DNA from: Klebsormidium nitens
Taxonomy: Eukaryota > Plantae > Klebsormidiophyceae
Direction of reading: 5' to 3'
Assembly (NCBI GenBank): GCA_000708835.1
Contig: DF237213.1
Coordinates: forward strand, 2,882 to 35,657
DNA: 32,776 bases
Within the stretch, counting starts at the first letter, position 1; the number at the start of each line of letters is the position of its first letter. This document shows positions 1-11,206 of the stretch, piece by piece. The notes under the pieces are model-generated. The model was not told the origin of the DNA and did not search any database. It worked only from the letters and a program-made list of their open reading frames with translations. Made by a program: the position numbers and the translations under genes.

Positions 1-3000
1 GGGGGCCACACTGAGGTCGAACAGGTTGTGGCTGTGGGGCGGCAGCACCGGGCCCGGCTCCGCAGCGGGGGCCGTGCCCTCGGGGGCGCGGAAGCCCCGG
101 GCCACCTGGAAGGCGCGCGACATGTCGTCCAGAATGGCGCCTGCACACCCCCCCAGCGCATGCGTCAGAGCAGAGACGGCCAGCGGGCAGCACTGGTGCG
201 CGCCTGCGCAACGAGCGCAGTCAAACGAGGCGACCCAGTGCAGTATTGGGGAGCAGTTCACCCCGCCAGGGACACTTTCGTGACGCCCCGTGGAGTTACG
301 GTGCAGCGGCTGGGCGGCCTCACCTGCCTCGGGCAGCTGCTGGGCGGCCAGGTCGTCCTCAAGAGGGGGCACCGGCCCGCGCGAGGAGGGGGGGCCCGAG
401 CTGAGGTCCGAGTTGGCAGAGTCGGTGAAGGGGGCGGGGGGGCGACCCGGGGGGGACATGAAGCTCTGCGCAGTGGGGGCGTCGAGCGGGGCGCTAGGGG
501 GGGGGCCATGACCTAGGTGGCAGAGAGGGGAAGGGGTCAGGGAGAATCGACGTGCAGAAGCATATGAGATGAAGCCGCAGGGTGGGGCCGACCGAGCAGT
601 TTGGCAAGCGACCCAAACAGGAAGACGAGAGCGGGCTGTGACTGGTCAGCGCTTGGGTGATAGCCGCAAGAGAGGAGCAGCGGAGATGAGCAGGAGCCAG
701 GGCGGACGGCACACGCAGATGCGGATCGTCCAAACTTGTGCAGGAAAGCCCGAGCTAGATGGCGCGTCCCATGGGCAGCGCCCCCAGGCCGGCCATGCTG
801 GGCACATGCAACGCTCTGCATCGTCCAACAACAACGGCCCGCGGCAAACACAAGTGAGCAGGACCACTGCTGCACCAGGGCCCCACGGGCGGATGCAGAG
901 GGGGAGGGCAGGGCGGCCGGCGGTACGTACTTACTCGCTTGGTTCTCTGCCCCCGCCGAGGTGGTGCGCTCATTGCCCCCCCGGCCTGTGCTGGGCCCAG
1001 CTGCCGCGTAGGCGCGCTGCTGGGGCGGGGGCTGCTGCAGCGGCGGCTCCAGGGCACGCACATTGGCGGGCTTGAAGCCAATGAGCGCCTCGCCATCGTA
1101 CTCGACGACATCGTCCCAGTTCTCGTAGGCGACCTTGACGAGCTTGTCGACGTAGACCTTCTCGTTGTCGGACAGCGCGTCCACGCTCATGTACTGCCCG
1201 TCCGCGATGAGGCCCATGAGCTGGAAGATGTTGTTGAAGATGACGCCCACGCCCTGGCTCTCGTCCGCGTAGTACACGTGCAGCTTGCCGTTGAGCACGC
1301 ACGTCTTGGCGTGCTCCACGGTGCCGTCCCACATCTTGTTGCTCATGCCGCTGCCCAGGATGTTGCGCAGCTTCTGCGGGTCCATCACCACCATGCGCAG
1401 AAAGTCCTCCACCGTCGTGATGCTCGCCGCATTCAGCCGCTTGTGAAACGCGCCATCCTTACCGATGCGGTCCAGCCGCCAGACCTCGTCTTGCAGTGCT
1501 GGCGGGTAGTGCTTCTTGTACACTGCACCCACCAGCACGTGTCAGGCTCACCTCGCACGCCTCTCACTGGACAACAGGCGGAAGGGCTTGGACGGCGGAG
1601 GCAGCTGTGAGGACAAGTCCCCATGCAAGCTCCTTGTGCCAGAGCCACGACAAGAATACCGGCCACATGTAGGGGAGTAGACGACCTTGCAGGTGGGGGC
1701 TTACGCTCGCCGCGGTGGTCCTTGACGGTGAAGGCCTCCGTCTTGGCCTCCCGCACGCGCACGCCCTCTGCGCCGGCAGCTACGCGCACCCCGAGCCGGA
1801 ACTTGCGGCTGCGGATCCAGCTGGAGTTGTCGGTGAAGGTGATGTCCCCAATGGTGCCCTCCCCGCCACGGAAGCATAGCAGCTGCTCCCCCGTGAGCAG
1901 GGGCCGCTTGCCGTCGCGCTCGCGCACGATGTTGCTCTCAAACACGTCCGCAGGCCACATCTCGTCGTCGTCCATGTTGAAGTCGCCCTCCAGGACCACC
2001 ACCTGCAGCTGGCACTGCGCGGCCGGCCCGCTGCGCACGGCCTCCCCCGTAGCGGCGTCCTGCAGCACGACCTGCAGGGGTGCGCCGTCCTCCGCCTCGA
2101 CGCGGCTGCCCGTGTACAGCGGCAGCGACAGCTTGTTGACAAACGCCAGCCGCAGGACGGGGCCAGGCGGGGCCGCGGCAGGCAGCCTGGGGTCAGGGAG
2201 CAGGCAAGCGGTGAGGCGGGCAGGGCAGCGAGTGCGGCAAAGTGTGCACAGAGGATAACGGGGCAGAGTCAGAGGCCTGCTTTTCAAGGAACGACAAGAT
2301 CAGGGATGACAGAAGGTTCTTGCACCATAAACAAAGCTCAAAAAATGGCCACTCCTTGTGCGGTACCGGATTGCATCCACAGCGAACCAAGCAGTCACAT
2401 CTTCTCAGATGAAGGCCAGCAAGGCCAGGATGCCACGGTTTCCTTGCATCCCTGAAGTCAACAAAGACTGGAAGGGAAGGACCACACCCTGCAGCGGGGA
2501 TTGCCCCACACAGGCCTCAGAGGGTGCCCATTCGCAAACAGAGGCTCATCTTTGCAGCAAGTCGAGCAGAGGGCACCCTGTGTGCGAAATTGCAATGTGC
2601 AGAGAGCTGGCGGTGCACTCACGCTGGACGCTGCTGGCGGGAGTGAGCGGGGGGCTGGTGCTTGGCAAACGCTTTCTCCACCTCCTCCGCCACCTGGCAA
2701 GAGGACAGCACAGGCCCTCAATCAGGGCAAAGTGCATCTGGGACGGACGACAGCAAGAGGCATGGGCGCTAGGGTTTCCTGCTGGGCCGCGCAGCGGTAC
2801 TCAAGGACAGCGCTTGTCGTGGCGTGGCCACCCCTTGCCAGAGGCAACATTTGCTGGGGCTTCCGCGCATGCTGGGGAACCGTCCAATGCTACGTAAGCG
2901 ATCTTTAGAAGTGCAGTTGTGTGCAGGTGGGCTTGTGTGTGCCTGGCATTCTTGCAGATTGACCTTCCTTCTTGCATATCTCAATATGGGGGCAGTGCTC

Positions 3001-3738
3001 AGTTACGGAGGGCCTCACAATGCGGCGGAGCATTGGCTCAAGGCCCTGGGCCAGCTTGTGCAGCGAGTCCGCCTTCACCGCCTCCTGGACCACGCTGCAC
3101 AAGCACGTGCGCACAAGGGGGCTCAAGGGGGAGCACCGCCAGCAACACGACAGCAAAGCAGGCAGCAGGGCCGGCAAGAGAGCAGGGGCACAGCACAAGA
3201 AAGGTCTGCTTGTAACCGAAATCACACATACAATGCAGGCCCTTAGATAGCTGCATTGCGCGCACACTTGTGAAGCAGAACTTCCTCCATGATAATGTAA
3301 TGCAAGTCTAATTACAGTTGCTTTGTACCTTCAGAGCTGCACTTCAGCTCTTTCCTTTCCAGAAATGAGCACGCACTCTAATGTGAATGCTCAAAAATTA
3401 CCAAGATGGGCACCAAACACTCATCTGTTGTTGATAGAACGTGTCAAAACCGGACCTCTATGAATGACTATCTGTGGAAATGAGATCTTGTGCCAGGTAA
3501 AACATCCCAAACAACAGAATTCGATACTGTGTCAATGAGGTCAATGTGCCAGCATTGCTTCGCTTTGTGGAGCCACTCAAGGAAGGCAACATGATCAAGG
3601 CAAAAATATGGAGGCACATTCGACCTACTTTGCAAATGCTGGTGTCCTCTGCCGCTTCTCGCGGGAATCCTCTGCAGCATTGGTAGGCCCATGGTTGTCT
3701 CGCAGATCATACGGACGCTTCTCACCACGAGAAGCCAT
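1..3738 (-). CDS. CBP60: Calmodulin-binding protein 60 family transcription factor, 3'-truncated by the window edge. Exons: 3738-3629, 3094-3019, 2693-2623, 2186-1705, 1522-935, 512-324, 140-<1
   Basis: The spliced product begins [17 protein letters not shown]...[45 protein letters not shown]. It continues with [105 protein letters not shown] and [16 protein letters not shown], which are hallmark CBP60 motifs. All GT-AG junctions are phase-consistent. The two low-complexity 3' exons are less certain. Confidence 0.93.
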
Positions 3739-4066
3739 CCTCGCAGAGCACTTCACAGACGAAACTGACAAAAGTAGATCAGCTCGGAGCTGCCCACTAA
3801 ATGCCAGTCAAAGGTATCAAGGCACAGTTCAAATTATGGTGCTACTGGTCTTGCTCACAGCAACTCTTTTTGGTTTCCTAAGCCTTCCCCTTCAGTCCAG
3901 GGCTAAGTACCTTAGGGTAGGTCCTCTCTTATGCGCGGAAGGTTGGGACTCTGGAAGGGAAGACAAGTGATCTGCGGCAAATGCACGAGGGAGTTCTTGC
4001 TGCATGGAGCTGATTTCGAGTGATGACACTGATCAATGTCACTCCGACTCTGAATCTCTGATCCCT

Positions 4067-4096
4067 GACTCCGACTCCGACTCCGACTCCGACTCC
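4067..4096 (+). repeat. Hexamer microsatellite (GACTCC)x5
   Basis: Five perfect units are read directly, with a degenerate copy at about 4040-4050. It lies upstream of the CBP60 coding start. Confidence 0.95.
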
Positions 4097-4948
4097 GAGT
4101 CTTCGGACTTCAGCCTCGGGCTCACAGGTGCTCAGGTCGGTAGCTCGAGACTGGGCCCTGATTCCCGCGTTGAGCCAGGGGGCGCAGACACCAGCCAAAA
4201 TGTTGGCGCGAGCAGAATTGTAAGCGGGCGGAATCATCATATCAAAACCGCCCACAAGGTCAGAACGACTTGGCTAGGTCCCAAAACTTTCTCTACAAGT
4301 TTCCGCCATCATTGGGTGTCATTCGGCCGGTCCATTTTAATGCCCAAGAATCCAAGATTTGAACCCTGAGTCTTAGATTTCCATTTTTAATAGCTGTGAA
4401 TTTCAGACATAGGTTCACTTCGTCCTTGACACTTGGGGCTCCACCGGGTGCGCTGACCCGAAAATGGGTGGAAATGGTAGCCAACAGGCCATATAAGACG
4501 TGTGCAAAGTTTCGTGGATGCGCCCGCGGTGGAGCCCATACGGTCTGCTCGCTTCTGGACGTTTAACATATTCTAGCTGGGCGTCTGCGTTGAGCTGTCG
4601 AGGAGTCGAAGTCGTCTCTCCCGAGTCCCCTCTCTCCAGTCTCTCATGTTGGGCATGAAACTGTTTGGAACTCGAAGTTGAAGAGGGAGCCTGGGAGAGG
4701 AAATGGACGGCCTGGCTGCCCTGGGCATAGGGTCCTTAAATGCGCACTGGCAGTCCCAAAGGACCCCAGGTGCCGGGCCAACGCCCACAGGCAATACAGC
4801 ATGGCAGGCAGCACAATCTGTTCCCCGAAACGTTCCTTTCGTTGGCCAGATTCTAATTGACGCGAAATAAGTTTTTGGTTGCAACCACTTCACATGTCAG
4901 CGTTTTGACTTGGGGCAGGCTCCCGCTGCATCACACTGTGAGGAGGCT

Positions 4949-5011
4949 GGCTCTAGGCTCTAGGCTCTAGGCTCTAGGCTCTAGGCTCTAGGCTCTAGGC
5001 TCTAGGCTCTA
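4949..5011 (+). repeat. Heptamer tandem repeat (GGCTCTA)x9
   Basis: Nine perfect 7-bp units, then a degenerate tail (GGCTGACCTCTAGG). It ends about 40 bp before the U2SURP ATG. Confidence 0.97.
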
Positions 5012-5050
5012 GGCTGACCTCTAGGATTGCTTTCCGTTGTGGTCAGCAGC

Positions 5051-8000
5051 ATGACGTCCTTTCAGATGCTGCGGAAGAAAACGCCGTTTCAGAAGCACAG
5101 GGAGGAAGAAGAAGCACGCAAAAAGGTAAGCCTGTATTGGGCAGATGGGGTGTCTGTGAGTGTGCCTGATTGGATGCTCGTCCTAGCCGGCAGGATGGAA
5201 GTGTGCTGGCAGTGGCAATTCTGATCTGCCGCTGCTTTGCACCCCCTTACAGCGTGAAGATGAAGAGGCCGCGAAGTTGTATGAGGAGTTTGTGGAGTCA
5301 TTTGAGGCCGATGATAAGAAGCCCAAGGCATTTGTACGGGGTGGCGTCATTGACCCCTCCAAAAGGGTGGGGCATGAAGTGGAAGGTGAGCATGGTGCTG
5401 GTCGTGCATCTTGGTAACGGTGGACGCCTTCCGGTCGTAGAGGGGAGAGTGTTGCTGGCTATTGTGAGTGTGACATCTACCAGACTGCTTCTACTGAAGG
5501 AGATTGATTGGAACTATCTGGAATACCACATTGCGGAGGGGAGAACCTGTCTTGCGCCATCCAAGAGACGCGCTGGCTGCACTTGTGACTAGAAGGCCTG
5601 TTTGTAGCATCTTCTCAAATGCGCCCTCACGCAAGCTCTTGTCTATCAGGTAAACCGAAGGCTGGAGCACGCTATGTCCCGTCCTTCTTACCACCCACGG
5701 TGCCAGCTGCTGCTAATGACCCAGAACAAGAGAAAGAGGTATGGCAGCGGCAGCTGTGCTGACCAAGCAGCCAATACGAATGACTCCTCTTTGAATGCAG
5801 CATGTGTGCACATGTTTGAAGCACCCCCTTTGTGTCCCTGTGGTAGGCGCATTGGGTTTCCCTGAGTGCCTTGCCTGGAGCTCCATTGCAGGCTGTGCCG
5901 GAGATCAAGCGAGAGAAGGCGAAGGTGCGCAACATCGACAATTTCATGGAGGAGCTGCGGCGCGAGCAGGAGGCGCGCGAGGAGAGGGCCAAGCGACGCG
6001 ACCACCGGGTGCGCACCTCCAAACAAAAAGTGCCCTCTGCTGCCGCCCCGCATATCCTGTGTTTTGCCACTGACAATCAGGGGGGCAGGTGGGATGGTCA
6101 TCGGTTGCTCCGTCTCACTTGGTGGCCCCATCGGCATCGTGCAGCCCAACAGCCGCTTTGATGAGCTGCCGGAGGAGCCCCTCGGGTTTGATCCGTTCAA
6201 GGGCTCATTTGACATGGACGGGGACCCTGCCACCACGAACCTGTATGTGGGCAACCTCGCACCCCAGGTACGCATACACGCGCCCAGACAGGGGGCCCTG
6301 GCTGCGTGGCAGCCCTGCGGGGAGGAGTATGTTGGAGAAGCCAGTCTTGGCAGTAGCACCTGACAAAGGTTGTCGGCCTTGTCTGAGTTCAGCAGTAGTT
6401 GCAATCTTCCCTATATTTTTGAGGTACGAAAGGTCAGCCTGCCCGACGGCGCTTCTGGTGGTTGTACAACATAAAGTTTTGAAGTTTGCCACCGCTTGAT
6501 GCAGATTGACGAAAGCTTCCTGCTGCGCACTTTTGGTCGTTTTGGGCCTATTGCCAGCGTCAAGATCATGTGGCCGCGCTCTGATGACGAGAAGCGGCGG
6601 GCCAGGAACTCGGGTTTTGTAGCGTTCATGAAGAGGAAGGACGCGGAAGCTGCCAAAGATGAGATGTCAGGTGAGGTTGCGGTTGTGCAGGTCCAATTCT
6701 GGCAGACAGACCGCCAGGTGGCAGCTCAGGAGGCCGACTTGACAGGGCACCCCGCTTTGGTCCCCTTTGTGTTTTCACACTGCCCTGCCCTGCTTCTTGG
6801 CAAACAAGCACATCTTTGATGCGGAGCATGCTTATGCCTGGCGTACCTTCTGCCTGCAGGGGCCCTCATGTGTGACTACGAGCTCAAGCTGGGGTGGGGA
6901 AAGGCCATCCCCCTTCCTGCACAGGCCCTTCCCGCACCCCCCGCGGGCGCCAGTGCGCACAGCATGCTACCGGCAGGGGTAAGCTGTTTTTTGTGTTTTT
7001 CCCCTGTTAGCTTGGGGTGGGCCGTTCTGTTTGAATTGCTTCGGCAGTTGGCTTGGGAAGCGGCGTCCTCTGTGTCCCGTGCCGTTTGAAAGTGGTTGAG
7101 CATCCCTGGGGGTTCTTAGTCCTCATCAGGACTGTGCTCCATCGCCTGTCGTTTTGTGATTCATTTTTTTCGGTCTTTGCCTCAGGGCGCCTCTATCCCC
7201 CCACCTGGAGGCATCCCCCGCACTGCGGCGGAGGCTATTGCCAAGGCGGCTGCGGCCGCTGCTAAGCTGGCGCTGCTGGCCCCGGGGGTCGAACCTCCCC
7301 CTCCCCGCTTCCCGGATGTGGCGGTGGTGATGCCGGCTGACGCATTCCAGCAGCGTGTCATAGACACCGTTGCGCTGTTTGTCCTGGACGACGGCTGCGC
7401 CTTTGAGCAGGTGAGCATGGCATCACTTGGCGCGCACCCCAGGCCGGCCAGCGGTACTGAGAGCCCATCCTGCTGGTGCAACAAGTGCAACAACAAGGCA
7501 TCGCCCCTGGGTGCCATGTCGTGCACGGGGGCTGACTTGCGGTATGCGTGCGTGCAGGCCATCATGGAACGGGAGCGCGGCAACCCAACGTACGCATTCC
7601 TCTTCGACCTGGCGTCCCCGCTGCACCAGTACTACCGCTGGCGCGTCTTCTCGTTTGCTCAGGGGGACACGCTCACGCGCTGGCGCGTGGACCCTTTTGT
7701 CATGGTGCAGGGTGGGCCGCGCTGGCTGCCGCCGCCCCTCCCGGACGACAGCTCCGACAAGAAGCAGGAGGCGCCCACTGCGGCAGCCGGCAAAGGCAAG
7801 GTGAGTGCTCGCGCGCTGAGGGATGCCACAGTTGGAGGGTCCGGCTGCGGGCCAGCTTGCGTGCTCTAAGCGGAAGCTGGCTGGAAGGTTCACAAGGGAC
7901 AGCATTTCGAGCATAGGCCCCCGCGCTGCTCTGAGGGTGCGCGGTGCGTGTGGTGGGTGCAGGGCGCCGGAGAGCGGCCTCTGAGCGACACGCTGCGGGA

Positions 8001-10066
8001 CGAGTTCGAGGACATGCTTCGTGCGCTGACGCTGGAGCGCAGCATGGTGCGCGACGCCATGGGCTTTGCGCTGGACAACGCGGACGCGGCGGCGGAGGTG
8101 GTGGAGGTGGTGGCGGAGGCGCTCACGCTGGCGGAGACGCCCATCCCGTCCAAGGTGGCGCGCCTCATGCTCGTGTCCGACATCCTGCACAACTCCAGCG
8201 CGCCTGTCAAGAACGCGTCCGCGTACCGCACGCTCCTCCAGGCGCGCCTGCCCGACATCTTCGAGAGCTTCAACGAGACCCTCCGCAACGTCACGGGCAG
8301 AATGACCGCCGAGGCCCTCAAGGTCCGCCCCTCTCTCTAGCAGACCCAGAGGCGCTGGATTACTCTGTGTCTGTACTGTGTCTACCCTCCATGGCACATC
8401 ATCCCGTAGGTGACTGCGCCTGACTCGGCCTGGCTGGGTCCGTGTCTGCAGGCGCGTGTGGGCAAGGTGTTGGCGGTGTGGGGAGACTGGTTCCTCTTTT
8501 CGGAGAGCTTCATCGCGGGCCTGCGCACCACGTTCCTGCGTCGCTCGGACACGGGCGTGCCCCCCTTCCACACGCTGCCCACCAGTCCCCCGGAGGAGGA
8601 GGCGGCCGCTCCAGAGGGCCCCTCGGCAGCGGAGGGCGACGCCACTTCGGGTGGGCTGGAGGCGGAGCTGCGTGCGCTGTCGCTTGCGGAGCTGGAGCGG
8701 CGGTGCAAGCACAGCGGGCTGTCCCTGCGCGGGGGCCGCGCCGTGATGGTGGCGCGCCTGCTGCACCTGGACGAGGAGGAGCACGGCCCGCGCAAGGGCG
8801 GCCAGCAGGAGGCACACAAAGTGGGGGGCGCTCAGGGGGCCGCCAGCGGGGGCAAGGCGAGCCGCAGCCGAGCGGCGCCCACAGGGCAGTGGCAGGCGGT
8901 GGACCCGAGCAGCGAGCCGACGGTGGGGTGGGAACAGATCGGGGCGGACGCCGTCAAGGCGGGACCGGACGGGGGGGCCGCGTTTGCCAGTGGCACCCTG
9001 CAGATTCCCGAGTACGAGGGGGGCCTTGGGGGGAGCAGTGGGCGGGCAACGAGCGAGGGGCGGCCTGCGTCTCGGCAGAGCCTGGACAAGACCGAGGGCG
9101 GGGCCGGGGGGGACAAGAAGAAGGGCCGCGCGGAGGTGGTCCTGCCGGCCTCCAAGTGGGCCCACGACGCTGCGGACAGCGACGACGACGACAACGACGA
9201 CGAGAGCGCGGGGAGGCCGGCGCAGAGTGGGCAGCAACAGGGGGCAGCGGGGGGTGCCGCCGACCCTAGCGAGGATGATCGGCGGTCGTCGGACTTGGAC
9301 ATCTTCGAAGGCGCGGGGAAGCCCGAGAGAGCGGAGGCGCCGGGGGCCAGTGCAGAGCTGGAGGAGGAGAGGAGGTGAGGCGGACGGCGACCCACATCGC
9401 CGGCTGCTCAGGCTGCCAGAGGCGCCTCGCGCTTGGCCGAGCTTGCAGAGTGGGCAGGCTGCACAGGGGTCCCCAGCGCGGCCGGCAGATCAGGCTGGAA
9501 CGGAGGGGCGATTGCAGTCCTGGCACGAAAGAGTTGACTGATGCCACGTCCCTCACGCGATGGCCCTTTGTGGTGTGTGCAGGCAGCGGCTGCGGAAGCT
9601 GGAGGTGACGCTGATGGAGTACCGGGACTCGCTGGAGGAGCGCGGGGTCAAGGATGGCGCGGAGCTGGAACGCAAAGTGGCGGCATATCGCCGGCGACTG
9701 GAGGCAGAGGCGGAGGCCCAGGCGCAGGCGCGAGCAGGGAAGAAGGCCGACGAAAGTGGGAGTGGGCGCAGGGACAAGGAAGCCAGCGGGGAGAGGCGGA
9801 CAGACAGCCCGCGGGGCAAGGAGCGGAAGCGGGCCCGGTCCAGCGAGAAGACGGGGTCGGGGCGGAAACGAGCAAGGAGTAGGAGTGGAAGTCCAACGAG
9901 AGAGAAGAGTCGAGAGAGAGGGAGGGAGACGAGGGAGAGGGACAAGGAACGAGGTCGGGAAAGAGACAGAGATAGAGAGAAAGAGAGAGAAAGGGAACGA
10001 GAGAAAGAGAAAGAGAGGGCGAGGGGGAAAGATAAAGAACGGGAGCGGCGAGAAAAGCGCAGGTAA
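5051..10066 (+). CDS. U2SURP: U2 snRNP-associated SURP/RRM/CID/SAP/cwf21 protein (SR140/RRC1 type). Exons: 5051-5125, 5253-5385, 5650-5738, 5892-6008, 6145-6267, 6505-6670, 6860-6978, 7186-7410, 7558-7800, 7963-8322, 8452-9374, 9583-10066
   Basis: The N-terminus MTSFQMLRKKTPFQKHREEEEARKK matches the plant RRC1 type. Domains seen: RRM (TTNLYVGNLAPQ...FGRFGPIASVKIMWPR...GFVAFM), SURP (VIDTVALFV...FEQAIMERERGNPTYAFLFD...YYRWR), CID (ARLMLVSDILHNSSAPVKNASAYR), SAP (LSLAELERRCKHSGLSLRGGRAVMVARLL), cwf21 (RQRLRKLEVTLMEYRDSLEE) and an Arg/Glu-rich tail. All 11 introns are GT-AG and phase-consistent. Confidence 0.95.
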
Positions 10067-10484
10067 GAATATGTACAATGTTGATGCATCTCGCTAGTCT
10101 TCAAGTGAGTTTAGAAAGGTCTTCAACGTATGATCGAGTTGCATCGAGATCCAATCCAGGTGCTGTACTTGACAACCGTCGAGCAGATTTATAAGGATTC
10201 TGTACTCGCCATTGGCTCACGCCAAGATGTTGGTCTCTTTTCACATGCCGTAGCCAATGCGGCAATAAGCTTCCCATGGCATACAAGACCATGATGATTG
10301 TACAAGACCAGCAGCCGCATCGCACAGCGACGAATGACCGGACATCTGCAGCAAAGAATGCAGCGGGACAATCGCGTCCCAAAATTCAGCATATGCTACG
10401 GCCGCCTCGGCATGGCTAACTTAACGTAGGAGCCAGGGTCCATTTCTTGTTTTATATGCACAGCCAGGGTACTTCTATCATTAA

Positions 10485-10662
10485 AGGGGGCGTCCGCAAC
10501 GCGTACCCCTTCCGTCAGAAGAACGATTCCGACGGCACTGTTTTGCCCCAGTTTCGATGCCGCCGGCAGCTGCCGCCCGTAAACTTCGGGTGCTTTCGTG
10601 GCGAAAATCAAACGCAGAATGCTGCAAAAGTGTCGCTGAAAATCGAGGCCCCGACGCCCCCT
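10485..10662. mobile_element. Non-autonomous 178-bp TIR element (MITE), TTAA-flanked, Kolobok-like
   Basis: The left end reads TTAA(10481-84)-AGGGGGCGTC and the right end reads GACGCCCCCT-TTAA(10663-66). That is a perfect 10-bp TIR plus a TTAA duplication, with no coding capacity. TTAA target sites with purine-purine termini are characteristic of Kolobok; piggyBac termini start with CC. Confidence 0.6.
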
Positions 10663-11206
10663 TTAACTTGACCTTCCATGTAAAATTTGCTTGGCCGGAA
10701 TATAAAGTCGATATCGTAATCAAGTACGGTGGTCACTGCTAGCTTAATTTATTGTCGATCACAATCAATCAATATAGTGACGTACCATGCATGGGCAGCC
10801 CGCACCATGGCGCATTTGTGATCAAAGATAAGGCCCGTAAGGGTATAATTGATCGACGCGGTCTACAATATAATCAGAAATTGTATATAGCTAGTTGCAA
10901 GTACAGTCGGTTCATGCATGAGGACACCTACATCCGACGTTGCGGTTACGTTTGGCCGATTGGCTCGCGAACTTCTCGCGAGCTTCTATGCTTCGCCCTG
11001 AGTCATACGTCCAATATATACATACTTCGATGTAGGAACGGCCGGAATGGACGTCAAATTTGTCATCTGAATTCTTAGTAATAATTGTCACAAACTTAAA
11101 AATGTTTGATCGACACATGAACAATACTGGCAGCACGGCAAGGACACGGGCAAGGCATCGCAAGTAGCACCTCGTCACAACCATTCGTTTCATGAAGTGA
11201 ATATCT

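Noticed and set aside
537-934. CBP60 reading frame staying open into the intron at 934-513
   Set aside because: There is a strong GTAAGT donor at 934 and an in-phase acceptor at 513, and the read-through peptide is Cys/Leu-rich and intron-like.
4020-4062. GTGATGA...CTGA resembling a C/D-box snoRNA
   Set aside because: The spacing is too short, there is no terminal stem, and it overlaps microsatellite-derived sequence.
4004-4369. + strand 121-aa ORF with a DSDSDS tract
   Set aside because: The acidic tract is just the GACTCC microsatellite. There is no recognisable domain or splice support, and it is antisense to the CBP60 leader.
7423-9237. 604-aa - strand ORF and many other long overlapping ORFs in GC-rich exons
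   Set aside because: These are antisense or shadow frames of U2SURP and the other genes. Stop codons are rare at this GC content, and no motifs are recognisable.
9880-10060. Nearly pure purine (GA-rich) tract
   Set aside because: It is explained by the Arg/Glu/Asp-rich tail of U2SURP and is not an independent repeat.
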